Assembly (NCBI GenBank): GCA_033442325.1
Contig: JAWQFM010000035.1
Span: 1-44,739 of the forward strand
From: Salpingoeca rosetta
Taxonomy: Eukaryota; Protista; Choanoflagellata
Reading direction: 5' to 3'
Length of the DNA stretch: 44,739 nt
The notes below the pieces were generated by a model, which saw only the letters and a program-made list of their open reading frames with translations, did not search any database and was not told where the DNA came from. A program made the translations under genes and the position numbers. Below are positions 39,470 through 44,739 of the stretch, piece by piece. Within the stretch, counting starts at the first letter, position 1, and each line of letters begins with the position of its first letter.

Positions 39470-42400
39470 TGTGTGTATGTGTGTGTGTGTGTGTGTGTGT
39501 GCCTGTGTGTGTGCGTTTGTCTGCTTGCAGTCCCTCCACCACCTCTCATTCATTCACCTCTCCCTTCATCACCCCACCCACCCAACAGGTACGCGGTGTA
39601 CCTGCTGGTGTTCTCGATGGAGGACCTGCTGCACCAAGACGAGAGCAAGCGGACAGAGGCGTGGGAATTTATGGAGCACTGGCTCTCCTCCCTCCACCTC
39701 CACGCCAAGGGCGCACCCGTCCTCATCGTCGGCACCTTCGCTGATGTGGTCAGCAAGCGGAAGCAACATGAGCAGATCTCACGTGACATTTACAGTCGCC
39801 TGCGCCACAATCCCGCCTTCCCTGGCGTCATCCACAACGACAAGCACGGCCTGTGGTTCTGGCCCGTTGACAACACCAAGTCCATCCACGACTCCATGAT
39901 CCAGGACCTGCGCCAAACCATCTCCTCCACAGCACTGGCGCAGGAATACGTGAGTCAGGAGGTCGCTGTGCCATACCTCCACCTCTACGACAAGCTCAAC
40001 GCCATTGCCCGCGACGAGGAGCGGCCGCTGCTCGCGTTTGACAAGGTGGTGGCGATTGCACGCACATGTGGGCTGCGTACACGTGAGGAGACGAGGGCGT
40101 GCCTCCAGTTCCTGCACCTGTACTCGATGGCGTTGTACTACGACCACGTGCCTGGCATGGAGGATTTCGTGATCCTGAGTCCACAGTGGGCTGTGGACAC
40201 GATGACGCGCGTTATCCGTAACTTTGACCTGCATCACGATGTGCGTGATGGCGAGGCGAGGGCCGTTGGCGCGCAGCTGTGGGACGACCTCGTTGACCGC
40301 GGCATCCTGCACCGTCACCTGCTCGACGTGTTGTGGAACGGCGTGGACAACAACTTGGTGATGCCGTTCCTGCACCTGATGATGCAATACGGGCTGTGCA
40401 TTGAGTATTCCCCACCCAAGCTGGTCGACAGCCGCACGGCACTTGCCCGCACCAACTCCGGCCACGGTGACAACGATGCGAGCGAGAGTGATGAACAACA
40501 ACAACAACACAAGCACCAGCAGTACCTGGTTCCAGCCATTCTGCCGATGACCATCTGCCACAGCAGCAGCACGATGGCATCCGTGTCGCTGAGCACGACA
40601 GCAGCGCAGCGAATCAACCCATATCTTGGGTACGAGGAGAAGACCGCATTTGTTGCCTTCAGCCTGAAGCAATTCAAGCGAAGTGCGAGCGTGCAAGTTG
40701 AAAATGCACAGCACGCATCGTTCCTGCCCGAGGGGCTGTTTACAATCGTGTTGGCTCATGTGCTGGCGCATGCACAGCACGGCGCATCGCAGGAACCCAA
40801 GCTGAGCCGCACCCATGCCATCTGCTTCATGGAGTCGACTAAGCTTGAACTGCAGCTTGTGCCGGCTGTTGGCGGCATCAAGATGAAGATCACGAGTGCG
40901 CAGCCACGCGCCATGCTGCACATGCTGCACACCATGATCAGCGAGGCCGCCAGAGAGCATTACCCAAGCCTGATGAGCAGCCTCCTGCTGCCATTTGACG
41001 ACAAGACGCTGCTGTTCTTTGAGGATGTGCTGCACCACCACAAGAGCAAGCAGGACATGTGGGTAGACGAACAGCTGCTGTCACCCGATGACCTGATCGC
41101 CAAGTATGGCCGTCTCTTGCCCGTTCTCGGCCTGCAGGACAAGTACGACGTCTTCATCAGCTACAGGTGAGTTGTGTGTGTGTATGAGTGTGTGTGTATG
41201 TGTATGGCGCGTGTATGTGTATGTGTGTGTGCCAGTATCTGTCTGTCACTTCCACCCACTAGCCACAACTACTGCATGTAGCTTCCCCTCATCTCATCAC
41301 TACCGACTCCAACCCCCCCCCCCTCCCGCAACCACACCCTCAGGCAACGCGCCAGCAGTGGGCTGGTGATGGCGCTGCATCCGCGCTTGGAGCAGCGCAA
41401 CCTGGTCGCGTTTCTGGACGCCAACAACCTGGAGACGGGCCTCAACTTCAAGCTGTCGTTCATGACGGCGATTGGGCTGAGCCTGGTGGCCTGCCCCATC
41501 GTCTCTGCTGCCACCATCATGCAGATGAGGCAGCTGCAGCACAGCGACTACTGCGACAACGTGCTGCTGGAGTGGATGACGATGCTGGCGCTGCGCGAGT
41601 ACCAACGGGCGCACGAGGAAGATGAGGAGCAGCAACACGCCAAGATCCGCCTTCGCCGCGTCGTGCCCGTGATTGTTGGCAGCGCGTGGCACAATGTGAA
41701 CGACAGCAGCATGAGCAAGGCTGAGGTGAGCGAGTACGACTCGTTTGACCGACTGAAGCGGCTGGCAATGAAGTTGCCGGATGCTGTGAGCAAAGAGACG
41801 GCAGCCGCGCTCGATCAGTACTTTTCACAGGTGCTGCGCCTGCCACCACCCCAGCAACACAAAACCGTGCGTGAGATTGTGCTGTCGCTCTTTGACATTG
41901 ACGCCGTGGTTGCATTGGACGCCGCTGTGGACCGCACGTCGCAGCTGCGCGACATCGCGGAGAAGGTGCGCCAGGTCGTCGCTTCTGCCAGGAGTGCAGA
42001 ACAAGCAACGCAGGGGCCAGCAACAACTGCACGTCGTTCCACGCAAGTGCAAGTATGTTTGAGTGTGAGTGTGGGTTTGTGGGTTTGAGTGTGAGTGTGA
42101 GTGTGAGTGTGGGTGCATGCATGCAGGCGAACTCTCTTCCTCTTCATCTTCCACTAGACGCTCACGCTGTGATTCACCCCCCTCACTCACATATCTTACA
42201 GTCCTCGTTGTCGCTCTCGTCCACCTCCGCGACAACTCCTGTTACACCACCACCTGCCACCCCATCTTCCTCCTCCCCCTCCTCATCGCCATTCGAGCCA
42301 GAGCTCATTCAATGGCTCAACCGCCACTCGCTGCTGTCGCACGTCGAGTCGGCGCTGATAGAGCACGGCATTGACTCGTTGGAAGTGCTGGTGGCTCTCG

Positions 42401-42516
42401 TACATGAGGGCGACTTGACAAAGCAGACGCTTCGGTCCTCCGGTGTGTCAATGGGTCCCGCCATGAAGCTGGTGCGAGAGGCAAAGAAGTACAAGGTGGA
42501 CGTAAGCTCAGCGTAG
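34923..42516 (+). CDS. Roco-family protein: RI/NLR-type LRRs, ankyrin repeats, Roc GTPase, COR, TIR, SAM (~1538 aa, 17 exons)
   Basis: Exons 34923-35047, 35379-35462, 35613-35696, 35877-35960, 36158-36241, 36439-36522, 36707-36790, 37143-37226, 37440-37520, 37630-37792, 37937-38035, 38167-38340, 38481-38729, 38875-39410, 39589-41166, 41344-42052, 42202-42516 are all GT-AG and sum to 4617 nt in one open frame. Motifs: LxxNSIGDEGAVALAEMLKHNTTL (LRR); GDTPLHVAC (ankyrin); KLIFIGQGRAGKT, STHG, FDLGGQ, VGTFAD, VDN (Roc G1-G5); LQFLHLYSMALYY...VILSPQW (COR); YDVFISYR...AFLD...DNVLLEW (TIR); LIQWL...LRSSGVSMGPAMKL (SAM). Confidence 0.92.
35613..36790 (+). repeat. Tandem array of five LRR exon+intron cassettes (periods 264, 281, 281, 268 bp)
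   Basis: The four introns are near-identical (GTGAGTGTGTACACGCACACATGCACATGTATGCTGCG...GTGGCATCC...CTTGACAG) and each exon is 84 nt. Confidence 0.95.
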
Positions 42517-42821
42517 CGCTTGGCCACTTGACCCATGGCATCTCCTTTCTCTTCCTTTCACCACCGTCCATTTTGTGGCTTCTGTTCTCTCCTCCAGTCC
42601 TGTCATTGTGGTGCTGTTGTTACATTGCGCTCATTACCCACTGTTCTGTTCACACGCACGCCAGTTGTGGTTTCCTCGTTGCTGCTCCCTTGTTTTCGCT
42701 CCCCCCTTGTTGCTGTTGTTGTGTATGACGCATGTGTGCATAGGTCTACCCTTTGTGGTATGACTCTGCTTGGTTTCATGATACACGCGTATGCAGCCGG
42801 TGGAACGGTTTCGCGAAACAT

Positions 42822-42889
<68 letters not shown>

Positions 42890-42890
<1 letters not shown>

Positions 42891-43290
42891 ATGTCGAGGG
42901 CGATTCAGGAGTCTTCCTTGAACGTACTTGGGCAGGGAACCCAGTGATCGATGTGCTCATCGCCGGTGATGCGCCCGTCGCGCTCGACAGGGGCAAAAAG
43001 CGTGATGAAGCTGTTCTGCCACACACTGGTGCCGGCGGCGAAGCAATGCACCATGCGCGACTGAATGCGCGCGAACACACCCGGAGGGACCACCATGCCA
43101 GACCCTCAGGGAATGCCGAGGCCAGGGTCGGCGTACACGTCCATGGTGGTGTCTGCAGGATTCCAACGGCGATCAGGGTCCCACTGCAAGCTCGCTGGGT
43201 TATCTTGCACGGTTCTTGTCATGTAATTTCGCACCACTGCCTCCTCCTTGTTGCTCCCACCCCTGCTGCTTTGGATGCAGTGACTGCCAG
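42890..43290 (-). pseudogene. Coding-like fragment with two in-frame TGA stops; identity unknown
   Basis: One frame reads ...NYMTRTVQDNPASLQWDPDRRWNPADTTMDVYADPGLGIP*GSGMVVPPGVFARIQSRMVHCF...HWVPCPSTFKEDS*IALDM and ends at a GT donor plus a (GT)n intron-like tract. Confidence 0.35.
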
Positions 43291-43570
43291 GACTGCCACA
43301 CGTGTCACGTGCTTGCTCGCTCCCCTTCCTTGCCTTGGTGCAGACAGTGGTGCCTGTATCAAGCCAACCAGCTAAGACCAACCGCTGGTTGCCATCTGCA
43401 TCAGCAAAAAACCGGACAGTGGCACAGAAGCAGCGAGAACAACAAAGCAACAACAACAGCCAAGACATCCCTCATGTTTGCATGTAACGCTCTTTGCAGA
43501 ACAACGTGCTTAACCACGCCGTGCTCACGTGCAACCGACCCAAACACCACCACCATCACTTGAACTGTGA

Positions 43571-43671
<101 letters not shown>

Positions 43672-43713
43672 CGTGTGTGTGTGTGTGTGTGTGCGTGTGT
43701 GTGTGCACGCCAG

Positions 43714-43939
43714 CGTGTATTTGTGCTGGCCCGACCCTGAGCCGAACTGGGTGTTTCTTGGTGCCATCACAAACGAGGCACCGTCATCCCTATTCCGCAT
43801 TGCCAAGATCAAACCCACCGCTGCCGATGGTAGCAGCCATCCATTTGGCGCTGTTGTCTTTGACCCTTCACAGCACCCAGTGCGTTGTGGCTGTGTGTAT
43901 GTATGTGTGGGTGTGTGCTTTGTTCGTGCGTGTGTGTGC

Positions 43940-43978
<39 letters not shown>

Positions 43979-44610
43979 GTGCTTGCTTTGTTCGTGCGTG
44001 CTTGCTTTGTTCGTGCGTGTGTGTATGTTTGTGTTGTTGCGTGTGTGTGTGCTTTGTGTGTGTGTGTGCGTGTGCGTGTGTTTGTGTATGGTTCTATGTG
44101 CTCTTGTGTGCGTGTATATTTGTGCTCTCGCTGCTCGCAGAAACATGTCTCAAGAGTGCTATTTCAGGCTCTCATTCCTTGTGCTCCACGCTCGCACACG
44201 TTGACACACACGTTGGCACACGCACACATGGTATGTTCATGCCGCTGCAGGTAGAGGTGGCACAGATTGGCATCTCCATTGAGCCTCTCGCAGATATCCA
44301 GCAGGTAACACAAGTATTTGTGTGTGCGCATATATGTCTGTTTGTATACGAGCGGGTGCATCACTCAGTGCTTGACGATACACCTGTCATGCCTCTCCTT
44401 CGGCCCTTTCGTTTTGCGTGTCACGTACCCAGAATATTGCGTTCCTCTCCTCACGCCAACACTTCGGCCACAACAATGGCTCTCATCTCCATTCAGGCAA
44501 TGGCAGCGTCGGACACGGACGTGGTGTTGCAGTCGGACATTGTGCAGTTTGTCAACTTTGCTGTCGAATCCCTCTTCAACTTTGTCGCTTCCTTTGGCGT
44601 TGATGCACAG
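43714..44610 (+). CDS. HIKESHI: Hikeshi (OPI10/C11orf73) Hsp70 nuclear import carrier, internal exons; continues off the right edge
   Basis: Exons 43714-43879, 44251-44304, 44497-44610 join in frame: VYLCWPDPEPNWVFLGAITNEAPSSLFRIAKIK...HPFG / VEVAQIGISIEPL / ...QFVNFAVESLFNFVASF, resembling Hikeshi WQLLGFVTNGKPSAIFKI...HPFG...AQIGISVE...FYNFASSF. Confidence 0.88.
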
Positions 44611-44617
44611 GTTGGGT

Positions 44618-44699
<82 letters not shown>

Positions 44700-44739
44700 G
44701 TGTCGTGTGTGTGTCGTCGTTCGTTCGTTCGTTGTGTGT

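Noticed and set aside
39779-41041. 420-aa minus-strand ORF
   Set aside because: Antisense shadow of the GC3-rich Roc-COR exon.
42905-43108. Selenoprotein or TGA recoding
   Set aside because: No Cys/Sec motif context or SECIS evident; decay is the simpler explanation.

Overview
Intron-rich eukaryotic DNA with (CA)n/(GT)n-filled introns. The style resembles a choanoflagellate such as Salpingoeca rosetta, which is an inference from composition only. From left to right the window holds: (1) the 5' 11 exons of a conventional protein kinase C on the minus strand; (2) the last 4 exons of an ERCC6/CSB/Rad26 homologue, cut by an N gap; (3) one minus-strand rDNA unit (partial 28S, ITS2, 5.8S, ITS1, full 18S, putative ETS/IGS with subrepeats) that is enlarged and altered at normally near-invariant eukaryotic positions, with compensatory base pairs preserving the helices; (4) about 18 kb of decayed genes, including exostosin and importin-5 pseudogenes; (5) an intact 17-exon, ~1538-aa LRR-ankyrin-Roc-COR-TIR-SAM gene whose LRRs are tandemly duplicated 84-nt exon+intron cassettes; (6) three exons of Hikeshi. 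The two strongest leads are a possible second, dispersed, structurally conserved rRNA type (candidate specialised ribosome) and a Roco-TIR immune-receptor-like gene with a shufflable LRR exon array. All exon boundaries and homology calls were made by eye from recalled family sequences; no database search was run.
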